A DNA stretch of 64,000 bases, taken from the NCBI GenBank assembly GCA_963703955.1, contig CAVPGK010000012.1, forward strand, positions 64,001 to 128,000, given 5' to 3'. The notes below the pieces were generated by a model, which was given only the letters and a program-made list of their open reading frames with translations, did not search any database and was not told the DNA's origin. This DNA comes from Nitrospirota bacterium. Lineage in GTDB: Bacteria; Nitrospirota; Nitrospiria; Nitrospirales; Nitrospiraceae. This document shows, one piece after another, positions 41,657 through 50,931 of this stretch (position 1 is its first letter; every line of letters begins with the position of its first letter). The position numbers and the translations under genes are program-made.

Positions 41657-43554
41657 GAAGGCTGCACCTCTTCAGAGGGAGATTGGATCAGGTTCGGTTG
41701 ATTCTCGGACGCGTGTTCCATGAGCGGAATGCGATGCTCATCTCTCCGGCTGATCCAAAATAATAGTAAGACGGCAAACCAGAAGACCACCATGTTGAAC
41801 GTCACCATCTTCGCGGCAAACCCGAGAGAGGGCGTGAAGGCCCATGGCGACACATCCGGCATGATCTCGTTCACGTGCCAAGACTGTCGTCCCGATGACC
41901 GGATATAGCCCATCAATCCCATCACCCATGTAAAGGAAGCTGCCAACGCAAACAAGGCCAGCATGCCTCGAGTGGAGATCTTTCCCCACTCAACCGGCCC
42001 GTGAATGATGGCCCCCCGCATCATGCTTCGATTCAATAAGAGCCCTCCGATGAGGACGGTGCACGTGGTAAAGGCCTGCGGCCAGGAGAGCCCCACCCGC
42101 ACACTCGCCGGTACGTAAAACCCATAGACCGCAAGCCAGATAATGTTGGCGATGCCGGTGCCGAAGAGAACCCCCAGCGCAATGTTTCCCGCGGAGGCCC
42201 AAGGGACGACCATTGTCCGGTTCGCTCGCCGATAGAAAAGATAGCTCAGCACCGTGAGGCAAATCATCACATTGATCGCCCCGTTCTTCGAGGACATCAC
42301 GCCATAATTCCCGATGACCGGATGCTGGGCCCCGCCCATGGCTTTGACTTCGCTCGCCGACATCACCAGGGTATGAGGGGTCAGCCAGACACAGAGACAC
42401 GCGATGAGGGCATACACCAAATACTTGAGATGATGCTGATATCGCTCCCCACCGCGGATTCGTCCCATGCTTTGCCACATATAGTAATTGACGCCCAAGA
42501 ACAATACCCCCACCAACAACGCCTGGACCACGAACAGCCAGGTCAGCAATCCCCCCATCATGGTCATGCCCATGCTCTGTCGGAACGCATAGACCGAGCG
42601 CATCAGCCAATAGCCGGCAAACGGCATCGGCAGCAGCGCACAGACGGTCACGAATAAGAAGACATACCCGACCCAGTCGTAGTAGGCGCGTTCGTCATCC
42701 GATCTGCTGGTTAGGAAACGGTACGAGGCGTATGCGATCACCACCGCTCCCCCCGACATCAAATCCGCCAAGAACCGGTGGACGTTGAGCGGGTTCCATA
42801 AGGCCGAATGCAGCAGGTGCCAGACATTGCCCAGGTAACGTCCGTGGTCGTCCACACCCGCCGGCGACATCATGAAGGCGGCCCAGGCATTCACCAGTAA
42901 GAGCAGTACGGCTCCGCATCCGTTCGCCACGACGCCGAGCGCGGCATGCACCCATTTTGACGCAGGTGTGCTGAGAGCGTCCCAACTGTAGTAGTACGCG
43001 ACCAGCAAGATCGTCTCGCCGAGGAAGACTAGGGCATAGAGGGGCATCATCGACTTGAAGGTGCCCCCCATGTAATTCATGAAGCTCGGGTAGAGCCCGA
43101 TAAACACACCCAGCATGATGCTGCCGACGACGGCCGTCAATGAAAGAGCCAGCAGCGCGACCTTCAGGAAATCGTGAGCCAGCCGGTCGTATCGTACCGC
43201 AGTGGACCGGTCTCGCGTGATCAGTCCCACAAACTCGATAATCACGCAGAAGATCGGCAGCGCGAGGACAAAGCCGCCGAAATACGTATGCTGCTGCGTC
43301 ACGAACCACAGCAGAATTCTGTTGTCCAGAGAGCCATAGCGCGGATAGACCATCGATTCCGAAGACGGCGCCGCCGGTCCGCTCGGTGTCCCGTTGGTCT
43401 TGTAATACACATCCTTGGCGGTTTGCGTCGCCTCGTGCGCAGACGTATCGATCGCCCCGCCTATGAAACCGATGAGGAGTACGGAGCAGAAGATCACCCG
43501 GACGATAGTCGGCATCATGACACCGCGTGCCCGCCTGCCCCGCAGCATCTCCAT
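41653..43554 (-). CDS. Cytochrome bd-like oxidase subunit I (CydA-like), copy 2
   Basis: Collinear paralog of 36159..38096: QQHTYFGGFVL, FMMSPAG, NVHRFLAD, GYIRSSGRQSW. Confidence 0.85.
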   Translation of the reverse strand: MEMLRGRRARGVMMPTIVRVIFCSVLLIGFIGGAIDTSAHEATQTAKDVYYKTNGTPSGPAAPSSESMVYPRYGSLDNRILLWFVTQQHTYFGGFVLALPIFCVIIEFVGLITRDRSTAVRYDRLAHDFLKVALLALSLTAVVGSIMLGVFIGLYPSFMNYMGGTFKSMMPLYALVFLGETILLVAYYYSWDALSTPASKWVHAALGVVANGCGAVLLLLVNAWAAFMMSPAGVDDHGRYLGNVWHLLHSALWNPLNVHRFLADLMSGGAVVIAYASYRFLTSRSDDERAYYDWVGYVFLFVTVCALLPMPFAGYWLMRSVYAFRQSMGMTMMGGLLTWLFVVQALLVGVLFLGVNYYMWQSMGRIRGGERYQHHLKYLVYALIACLCVWLTPHTLVMSASEVKAMGGAQHPVIGNYGVMSSKNGAINVMICLTVLSYLFYRRANRTMVVPWASAGNIALGVLFGTGIANIIWLAVYGFYVPASVRVGLSWPQAFTTCTVLIGGLLLNRSMMRGAIIHGPVEWGKISTRGMLALFALAASFTWVMGLMGYIRSSGRQSWHVNEIMPDVSPWAFTPSLGFAAKMVTFNMVVFWFAVLLLFWISRRDEHRIPLMEHASENQPNLIQSPSEEVQPS

Positions 43555-44633
43555 CAGCTTCGCCTTCCTGATTCACCCAACGCCATCTCCGTTGGGGAAA
43601 GGATCTTGTCATGGCTTCCTCGGCCATTCTTCGAGAGGATGCCCATGACGAAAGGACAACGCAGTAGCGATGACGGAACGGTCTGTTGAATGCGGTCCTC
43701 GTGATGACGGCGATGTCCCAGGTAATAGCCGTAGAGCGCCATCAGACCGGTAACCAACCCGGCCATCAGACCTTGACCCCACAGCGCCGCTTCCTGCTTC
43801 AGCACGAACAGGACGATGCCTAAGACCACCAGATAATACGTGGCCCCGAAGGCCAGCCCAGGCCACCACCAGAACTGAAAAAGCTCCGCCCAACCGACTC
43901 CCGTCAGCCCGTCCGGCCGGCCGTCGAAACGCCCCTCTCCAGCGAGGTATGTCGCCAATGCAATACTCCCCGCCACCCCGGTGACGAGGATGAATTGGGC
44001 CAACTCGCTTCGTCCTGCCTCGCCTAGAAGCGCAAGCCCGACTGCCGACAGGAAGCCGGCCGCCCCCGAGAGGAGCACCCAGGGCGCGAGCCGCCGGGGC
44101 TGCTCGAAGATGAGCGCGCGCAACGGCGCGCCATGAGGAAACGTCAGAACCGGATCGCCACGTTGCTGAAGTTTTCTGACGTGCCCGATCTCGAAGGCGT
44201 CGCGTGCCACGGAGGTACAGGCAATGATGACGGCCATCATGGCGGGACCGTCCGGATGACGGAGGAAATCATAGTGAGCCAGGACTCTCAGGAGAGCCAG
44301 AACCAGCAGTGATAGTTGAATGCCATACACGAATCCAATCCAACCGATGACCCAACTTAACTTCTTGAGGCCGTCTTGTTGCCAGAGCAACGAGACAGGA
44401 GCTTCGCGCCCCATCCGATATGCCCACGCCGCGGCGAGGGCCGAAATCAACCCACTGACCCCGAGCAACAGCAACGGATCGGAGAGCGGATCGACCTGCT
44501 TGATGACTCGGAAGGTGGCAAACGCCACCAAGCCCGGAACGAGCATGACCAGTCGTTTTCGTTTTCGAACCTGCGCCTCGGTGACCGACAAGGTCAGACT
44601 CGGTAGGACGCGGAGGGCAAGCCTGTGGAGCAT
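43554..44633 (-). CDS. Polytopic membrane protein of unknown function
   Basis: About eight hydrophobic segments; stop codon overlaps the start of the CydA-like copy 2. Confidence 0.72.
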   Translation of the reverse strand: MLHRLALRVLPSLTLSVTEAQVRKRKRLVMLVPGLVAFATFRVIKQVDPLSDPLLLLGVSGLISALAAAWAYRMGREAPVSLLWQQDGLKKLSWVIGWIGFVYGIQLSLLVLALLRVLAHYDFLRHPDGPAMMAVIIACTSVARDAFEIGHVRKLQQRGDPVLTFPHGAPLRALIFEQPRRLAPWVLLSGAAGFLSAVGLALLGEAGRSELAQFILVTGVAGSIALATYLAGEGRFDGRPDGLTGVGWAELFQFWWWPGLAFGATYYLVVLGIVLFVLKQEAALWGQGLMAGLVTGLMALYGYYLGHRRHHEDRIQQTVPSSLLRCPFVMGILSKNGRGSHDKILSPTEMALGESGRRS

Positions 44634-44705
44634 AGACAACCTAACGATAAACGCAGAATGATGAAGGAAAAACAGACTCCAAGACTTTCTCCAGGTATCC
44701 ATTTC

Positions 44706-45242
44706 TCATCGTTCATCACTCATGGACTTGGAAGCGAACAGGCCGAAATATCGCGCCTTCACCTCTTCCATCAATAGGATCGTCACCTTGGACTCCCCCC
44801 GATCCAACGCGGTGCGCTCCAGTTCCATGCGCGCCATCGTTCGCACCGGGGCCGGTATCTTGTCCAGCCGCTGTTCGGCGTCGAGGTCCCAAGACACCGT
44901 GGCGCCTTGTCGAGCTTGGGCCAATGACGCGAAGGTAACGACCCGCTGCCCCTTCACCCTGGCAAACTCTTCGGCCTCGTGTTTGACCAACGGCGAGACA
45001 TACGGAGGCATTCGATCCAGAGCATGCCGCGCATCATCCGTCCACATCAATCGATCCACAAAACGGATCGCTTCCCCGTCGGGCGCGAAGGCCCCCAGGC
45101 GGAAACCGCACGCCCGGCACTCGGACCGGACCAACCAGCACGGCGATCCGGACTCGTCTGTGTGCTCATCGACCCCCTCGGTATGCATCAAATGGCCGCA
45201 ACCACAGATAATCATTGCCATCCGTTTTTCCCTGATGTTCAA
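44706..45242 (-). CDS. Protein with N-terminal Cys cluster and two PCP_red (BchB C-terminal-like) domains
   Basis: CGCG...CRAC; two W..A...L...P..V......E..A...G repeats. Confidence 0.7.
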   Translation of the reverse strand: MNIREKRMAMIICGCGHLMHTEGVDEHTDESGSPCWLVRSECRACGFRLGAFAPDGEAIRFVDRLMWTDDARHALDRMPPYVSPLVKHEAEEFARVKGQRVVTFASLAQARQGATVSWDLDAEQRLDKIPAPVRTMARMELERTALDRGESKVTILLMEEVKARYFGLFASKSMSDER

Positions 45243-45254
45243 CAGGGCTCATTA

Positions 45255-45337
45255 CACCCGCCCACCCCAGGCGCGCCAAGACGCGCCCCTTCCCGTACGA
45301 GGCCGCAGCCGTAGAAACCTCGCAGGCGTACCCTGCG
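45255..45337. repeat. Intergenic hairpin repeat, copy A
   Basis: CACCCGCCCA...GGCGCG-CCAAGA-CGCGCC, then a second hairpin CGCAGG-CGTAC-CCTGCG; matches 47147..47187. Confidence 0.6.
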
Positions 45338-45396
45338 GGAGCGAAGGATAAGGCGGATAGGTGCACCCGGACGAGAAAACCTTGTCCACATCCTGC

Positions 45397-46113
45397 TTAA
45401 CCGATCTTTCCGGGATAGAGGATGTACAGCATCGTATACGTGACACTGCCGGTTACGAAGAGGACACAATAAACGACCATCGTGAAACGACCCAGTACGC
45501 GGTGCCGTCGTTCACCGTTCGGCCAGATTCGCTGGATCACAATCTCCACCGCAAACACAATCGCGACCAACACCAACAGCCCGAGATAGACCACTAATTT
45601 GCGGGAAGAAAACCCCGCCGTGGCGACGCGTGAAAGAAAGAGCAACAGAACCAGGGCGGTAACTCCTCCGAAGATCGTTCCGATCTTTGCCCAGGACGTC
45701 TGCAAAAGCCCGCTCCGCAATGTCCGCCGCCCTCCGTTGGTCGTCTGCGCGCGGAATCCAAGCACAATCATGTAGACCGCCATCACCAAGCCGACGACGA
45801 CCAGCATAATATGGAACGTCAGGAGCGGAATGAAGACGCGATCGTAGAGCGCCTGCGAGCCACCGAACCCTGCCTTCCCCTCAAATGCCAATACGCCCAA
45901 TTTCCGAAAAAGATAATAGCTGACGAAGAACGCCAGCATCGCTCCCATCCCTCCCAACATCAACCAATGGTGGTTGGTTCCTTGCTGCTTCTTAGCCTGA
46001 ACCCAACCGATTATGAACAGGAAGGTAAACAATGCCGCCATGGTCTGGCTCAGATCCGCTCCAATTGTCGCGTGCGTGCCGAAAAACCCAGGTTGCTTAA
46101 GCCATTCCTCCAT
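45397..46113 (-). CDS. DUF420 (CtaM-like) membrane protein
   Basis: HHWLM, FVSYY, GFGG, LTFHIML, RHRVLGR...VTGSVTY. Confidence 0.75.
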   Translation of the reverse strand: MEEWLKQPGFFGTHATIGADLSQTMAALFTFLFIIGWVQAKKQQGTNHHWLMLGGMGAMLAFFVSYYLFRKLGVLAFEGKAGFGGSQALYDRVFIPLLTFHIMLVVVGLVMAVYMIVLGFRAQTTNGGRRTLRSGLLQTSWAKIGTIFGGVTALVLLLFLSRVATAGFSSRKLVVYLGLLVLVAIVFAVEIVIQRIWPNGERRHRVLGRFTMVVYCVLFVTGSVTYTMLYILYPGKIG

Positions 46114-46128
46114 AAATCGACGATCTCC

Positions 46129-47112
46129 TTAGTCCTGTTTGATCCCTTGAATGACCGCGGTCCGTTCAATTTCAGTGACAGACTGAAATCCGGCCCGAAC
46201 CATCCATTGTGTTGCGTCGGAAACGCGATAGCAGCGGCCCCGCTCCGTGTTCACCAGAATGTGAACGGCGAAGGCCGCTACCCATGCCGGAGCCGTCCCT
46301 GTCTCGTCGAGGAATCGATCTTTGATGATCAACCGCCCCCCCTCTTCAAGATGACCGAATACCTTCCTCACCAGCGCCGCGTTCGCTTCGGGCCCTTGGT
46401 AATGGAGAATGTCGGACATCAGCACGGCCTCGTAGGGCCCTCCCAACGAATCCCGGTTGAAATCTCCGGCGCGTAACTCGATTCTGGATTCGAGGTTCGC
46501 CTCCTTCACCATCCGCTCGGCCATCTTCAGCGTCTGGGGCAAATCAAACACCGTGGCCCGTATGCGGGGATACATGCGACAGAAGGTGATCGCGTTCGTT
46601 GCGGCCCCGCCTCCCAAATCGAGAAGTCGTTGTACTCCGTCCAGCTTCAATCGCTTGGCGAGTTCCGGTCCGCTCTGCTGTCCGATTCGATCCAAGACAG
46701 AGAGGACGCTCGCTCCCAATTCCGGATCGGTTTCGAATACATGGCGATTCACCGGTGAATGTCCGGTCCGAACCGTTTCTTCCAGCTTGCCCCAATTTTG
46801 CCACTCGGCATCATGGAGCAGCAACAGATGCCCGACGTAGTTCGGCGACGTCCTGATCAAATGCATGGTTCCGACCTGCGTATTTTCAAACCGGTCGGTC
46901 TTCTTCCCTAGGACTCTCATGGCCACCAGAGCGTTCATCACGATTCCAAGGATTTCCGCATTGGCTCCGATCCGCTTCGCCACCTCGTCGACAGTGAGGG
47001 CTTTGGTGTCAAGGACTGTAAAGAGATCCAGCTTGACCGCCGTCAGCAGAATCTTGGTTTCCCAGTAGTAGCCAAGCTCGAAAATATCGGCAAGGGAGAG
47101 CTCACGTGGCAC
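46129..47112 (-). CDS. SAM-dependent O-methyltransferase (dimerisation domain plus Methyltransf_2)
   Basis: TAVKLDLF, LLDLGGG, VFDLP, AGDF, ILHY. Confidence 0.88.
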   Translation of the reverse strand: MPRELSLADIFELGYYWETKILLTAVKLDLFTVLDTKALTVDEVAKRIGANAEILGIVMNALVAMRVLGKKTDRFENTQVGTMHLIRTSPNYVGHLLLLHDAEWQNWGKLEETVRTGHSPVNRHVFETDPELGASVLSVLDRIGQQSGPELAKRLKLDGVQRLLDLGGGAATNAITFCRMYPRIRATVFDLPQTLKMAERMVKEANLESRIELRAGDFNRDSLGGPYEAVLMSDILHYQGPEANAALVRKVFGHLEEGGRLIIKDRFLDETGTAPAWVAAFAVHILVNTERGRCYRVSDATQWMVRAGFQSVTEIERTAVIQGIKQD

Positions 47113-47146
47113 TATTCCACCCGCCCATACCCTTCACCTGCCGTTG

Positions 47147-47187
47147 CACCCGTCCAATCCCCGGGCACGCCAAGACGTGCCCTTCTC
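47147..47187. repeat. Intergenic hairpin repeat, copy B
   Basis: CACCCGTCCA...GGGCACG-CCAAGA-CGTGCCC; extra partial CACCCGCCCA at 47118. Confidence 0.6.
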
Positions 47188-47407
47188 CTTTCCGCAGTCC
47201 TCAACAGCGTTCAAGGTCAATGAATTTTTGATATTACTCAGTTCAATCTCAGAAACGCAAGAAGGGAAAGGGGTTGTCAAAGCGGATCGGACGCGCGCAG
47301 GTGGAGGAAGTCCGTTACCGGAGGTAGAAAGACAGCAGTTGATCTTCAGTCGGGGAGTTTTCCAAACAGGGAACGAGCGTGAAGCTTTTACAGCGGTCCC
47401 ACAAATG

Positions 47408-47444
47408 AAAAGGGCAACGGCCGGATGCCCGGCCGCTGCCCTTT
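47408..47444 (-). terminator. Rho-independent terminator
   Basis: AAAGGGCA.CGGCCGG/CCGGCCG.TGCCCTTT stem after the 47484 stop codon. Confidence 0.7.
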
Positions 47445-47483
47445 GAAGGCTGGCCACGAAGAAGCCTTCGCCGCAGCGAGAAG

Positions 47484-48275
47484 TTACTTCTTTTTGATCT
47501 CGAACTTGGCCTGAGCGCTGCCTCCCTCCGGCACATCCACTTCAGCCTCGACCTTGCCGGCAAATGGATGCCAGGCGACCAGCTTGTGCTTGCCGGCCGG
47601 AATGTCCTTGATTTCGAACGTGCCGTCTTCCTTCACGACTGCATAGTGCGGGTTCGACACCGGGAGGAAGAAGCTTTGCATGAACTCATGTTGGTCGCAC
47701 TGCAACCGGAACATGGAGCCCTGCTTGTCCTTGCGCAGGACCACCGGCTTGTCCAGTTTCGATCCTTTTTCCGCGAGACCGATGTTGAACACGGTGCTGG
47801 AGCTGGGTCCCAGCACTTCAAAGGAGTGGGGGTTGTGCAACACACCCTTCACCGACTTCGGGTCATCCGGATCGTTATCGTGGTTCTCCACATGGAAGTT
47901 TTTCTGCTTGACGACCACACCGGTATAGGGCAGAAATTCACAAAATTCCGCCACCACGTCGGTTCCCTTGTACCCATCCACAAAGGCCTTGTCCTCAACA
48001 TCCGTCACGGCTACCACGGCGGCCTTCAGCGCCCCGTCTTTGCCCACCTCAATCGTCGGCAGGATTCGCTTTTCCCCTCTGATCAGTTCCTTCTTGGGGA
48101 TCTTCGGGCAGAACTTCGGATTGGGGAACTTGGAGAACAGGAATTCCTTCTCCTCCGCCTTGCCGCTAAAGGTCACCTTCCCCGTGACCGTCCCTCCCGC
48201 GAAGGACGCAAGGGGTGCCAGTAGGAACGCCCCCATAACAAGCCCTGATGTGACCAGAAACACTCTCTTCTTCAT
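47484..48275 (-). CDS. Exported protein with carboxypeptidase-regulatory-like and cupredoxin-like domains
   Basis: Signal peptide, GTVTGKV, LHNPH, CDQHEFM, DGTFEIKDIPAG...AWHP. Confidence 0.78.
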   Translation of the reverse strand: MKKRVFLVTSGLVMGAFLLAPLASFAGGTVTGKVTFSGKAEEKEFLFSKFPNPKFCPKIPKKELIRGEKRILPTIEVGKDGALKAAVVAVTDVEDKAFVDGYKGTDVVAEFCEFLPYTGVVVKQKNFHVENHDNDPDDPKSVKGVLHNPHSFEVLGPSSSTVFNIGLAEKGSKLDKPVVLRKDKQGSMFRLQCDQHEFMQSFFLPVSNPHYAVVKEDGTFEIKDIPAGKHKLVAWHPFAGKVEAEVDVPEGGSAQAKFEIKKK

Positions 48276-48479
48276 GGTACTGCCTCCTTGTGATTGAAAC
48301 GATAGGTCATAATACCTCATGATTTACAGCCCGGACCATCACTCGCGTGATCCAATCCTACGTACTCCGAGCCAGCGTGATTTCGGAGGGAGAGGCGATG
48401 CCATTGAACGTTTCGCGCTCGATGAAAACCCGTTGGTCCGACAGTCCTGGAGGGGCCGTCCTAGAGGTTGAGAATGATC

Positions 48480-48509
48480 CTTATAGCAGTAACCGACAAC
48501 GGGTGTCAA
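48480..48509 (-). promoter_or_regulatory. Putative sigma70 promoter of 47484..48275
   Basis: TTGACA-N18-TATAAG with an extended TG on the minus strand. Confidence 0.55.
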
Positions 48510-48530
48510 GGAGAATTCGCCGGCGTCCTA

Positions 48531-49912
48531 TTACCGTTTTTTCAATGGCTTGTCGTGAATATCGGCAGGCGTTAGTATCCGGCCCAACGCGCCGCCCGCC
48601 GTTGCCCGGACGGCTTCATCCTGGTCATGGAGGGCTTCCTTCAATAGAGGGGCGACCGTCTCCTTGCCGATGTGGCCAAGCGCGCGCGCGGCCGCAATAC
48701 GAGGACGAGGCAGCGGATCAGCCAGAAGGACACGCAACGCCTCGATCGCTTCCAGATCCTGGCTTCTTGCCAACGCTCTCGCCGCCGTCGCTCGCAGACC
48801 TGGATCGGGGTTTTGAGTCAACTCCCGAACCACCTCGCGCACGTCTTGGTACGGAGCGCCCAGATGCAGCAGCGCAGAGATGGTCGCTGCGCGGACCGCC
48901 GGATTGGCATCCTGCAGAGCGCTCTTTAGAGCGGGCGCTGACTCGGGTACTTGAAGTTCTCCCAGGCTCACAGCCGCCACCGCTCGAACCGCGGGAACGG
49001 GATCACTCAAGAGCGTCGCAAGTGCGGTCCCATTTGCTGGATCCGCCAGGTCACCGAGTGCCGCCGCCGCGGCACCCCGTACCGACGGCTGATTGTCCCC
49101 CAATGCCTTCTGCAGTATCGGAAGAGCCTCACGGTCACGAAGATCGCCCAGCATGCGGAGCCCCGCCGCGCGTTCCTCAGGGTTTCTAGACTCAGCCGCC
49201 TCACGGACATGGGACAGCGCCTCAGTCCGGCCAAGCTTGACCAGCCCACCGGCGGCCGCCACCCGAACGGTCGCCTGTTCATCATTGAGGGCAGCTTCCA
49301 TCAGAGGAATATTCGAAGGATCCTGTGACCGTCCCAGCGCCTTCAACGCCGCTGCACGCACGATTGCAGCCTGATCTCCCACTGCTTTCCGGAGGCGAGG
49401 AGACCGGCGGCCTGCGGGAAGCCTTCCCAACCCTTCTACGGCAAGCGCACGGACCAAACCGGCTCCATCGCTCAACCCATCCTCCAAGTACGGGATGGTC
49501 TCGTCAGATTCCAATTCCTTCAGCGCCGTGTAGGCCGCCCCGCGCATCTGCTCCCGCATATCGGTCAGCAATGGCGTGATAAAGCCAACGGCCACCTCGC
49601 GCAACAGTGGTCTATCATCCGACCGAGTCAATGCGATCAGCCGTTCATATTCCACCAGCGCCTCTTTCGGCCTCTCAAGACGAACCAAGCTCTGCACCTT
49701 GAGACGCCGCGCATCGAGAGGACCACCGTCGGTGCCAACAACGGTTCGAGCAACTGGAGCGTCCGCTCAAACTGCTTGCGGTCAAAGGCCAGCCGAGCCT
49801 CTTTGAGTGGGTCTGCCTGCGCAGACGGCTCTGAAACGGCCACGACTGGTCCGAGAGCAGAGCACAGCAAGGCCAGAGCCTTGCACAGCTCTCCGGCGGA
49901 TGATCAATAGCA
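48531..49912 (-). CDS. HEAT-repeat protein, probably exported; frameshifted near the 5' end, start approximate
   Basis: About ten L.D....VR.AAA.ALG repeats; N-terminal portion lies in ORF 49637..49870. Confidence 0.8.
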
Positions 49913-49981
49913 CTCGTGCGGTTCCTCCCCCAGAGGCGGGTAAGCTTCAAGATGAGACAGCGAGGATAAGCTCGGGCATCT

Positions 49982-50920
49982 TCATCGCTGACGTTCGACG
50001 AACGGGACGATCTCCAACGGTCGGCCCAAGATGCCCGCTCCGAACCGCGGATTTTCCATCACCTCATAGGCGGTCCGGTGTCCAAGGGGAGCCTGGAGGG
50101 AAAGATTCACCACCGCGAGCCCTTTCGGCGGCACGGTGACAATCCGTTCTTGAAACGGACCGGTCTGCGGATGCCAGGCGATCAGGCGGTAGGTTCCCGG
50201 CGGGACATGATCGATGGCAAACGCGCCAGTGGGATTCGTGATATCGTAATACGGATTCCTGACGACGAACGCCCAACTCTCCATAAACGCATGGAATCCG
50301 CACTGCATCACAAACACGCGGCGTCCCTTGGTCAGATGAATACGCTCCAGCATGGATGGACCGGGCAGGTGGCGATGGGTAGCGTGCAGATCTCCTCGTT
50401 TGTGATGCTCATTCATCGGAAGCGGAGAATTGAACAAGACGCGGGTCCCCAACTCGTAAGAAGTCTCATAGGCCTGGACATCGTGCATGATCGGGTCCAT
50501 GTTGACCACTTCCACGGCATGCTCATCACGGACCACAGTCACGAAGGGCCCGAAGATGCAGTCACGCGCCTCCACACGCGGGACGGAGAAATCGAAGGGT
50601 TTGCCGGCCTCGATCCCCTCCAACACCACGACAACATCCTTGAGCCCTTCGATGCCGCCTTCCTGACTCACCGTAAAGTCCCGGAGCAGCCTCCAGCCGC
50701 TCCCGTTTGAGATTCGACCACAATATTCCGGATCTGGAAAGGTCACGAGATTGAAGGCCTTCGGGGCCGGCGCCGGGCCTCTCAAGGTCACGATTCCCGT
50801 CACGGTTCCCCCGTTGTTGACATCCACCACTTCATACGCATGAGTCGATGGAACGAGGAGGGAACACAACGCCAGGCAGATCACGACCGTCGCAAGAGGC
50901 CGGCTCGGTAACCTGTTCAC
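49982..50920 (-). CDS. Exported protein with carboxypeptidase-regulatory-like and cupredoxin-like domains
   Basis: Signal peptide, MHDVQ, CGFHAFM, VPPGTYRLIAWHP. Confidence 0.8.
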   Translation of the reverse strand: MNRLPSRPLATVVICLALCSLLVPSTHAYEVVDVNNGGTVTGIVTLRGPAPAPKAFNLVTFPDPEYCGRISNGSGWRLLRDFTVSQEGGIEGLKDVVVVLEGIEAGKPFDFSVPRVEARDCIFGPFVTVVRDEHAVEVVNMDPIMHDVQAYETSYELGTRVLFNSPLPMNEHHKRGDLHATHRHLPGPSMLERIHLTKGRRVFVMQCGFHAFMESWAFVVRNPYYDITNPTGAFAIDHVPPGTYRLIAWHPQTGPFQERIVTVPPKGLAVVNLSLQAPLGHRTAYEVMENPRFGAGILGRPLEIVPFVERQR

Positions 50921-50931
50921 ATCCGTCTCCC

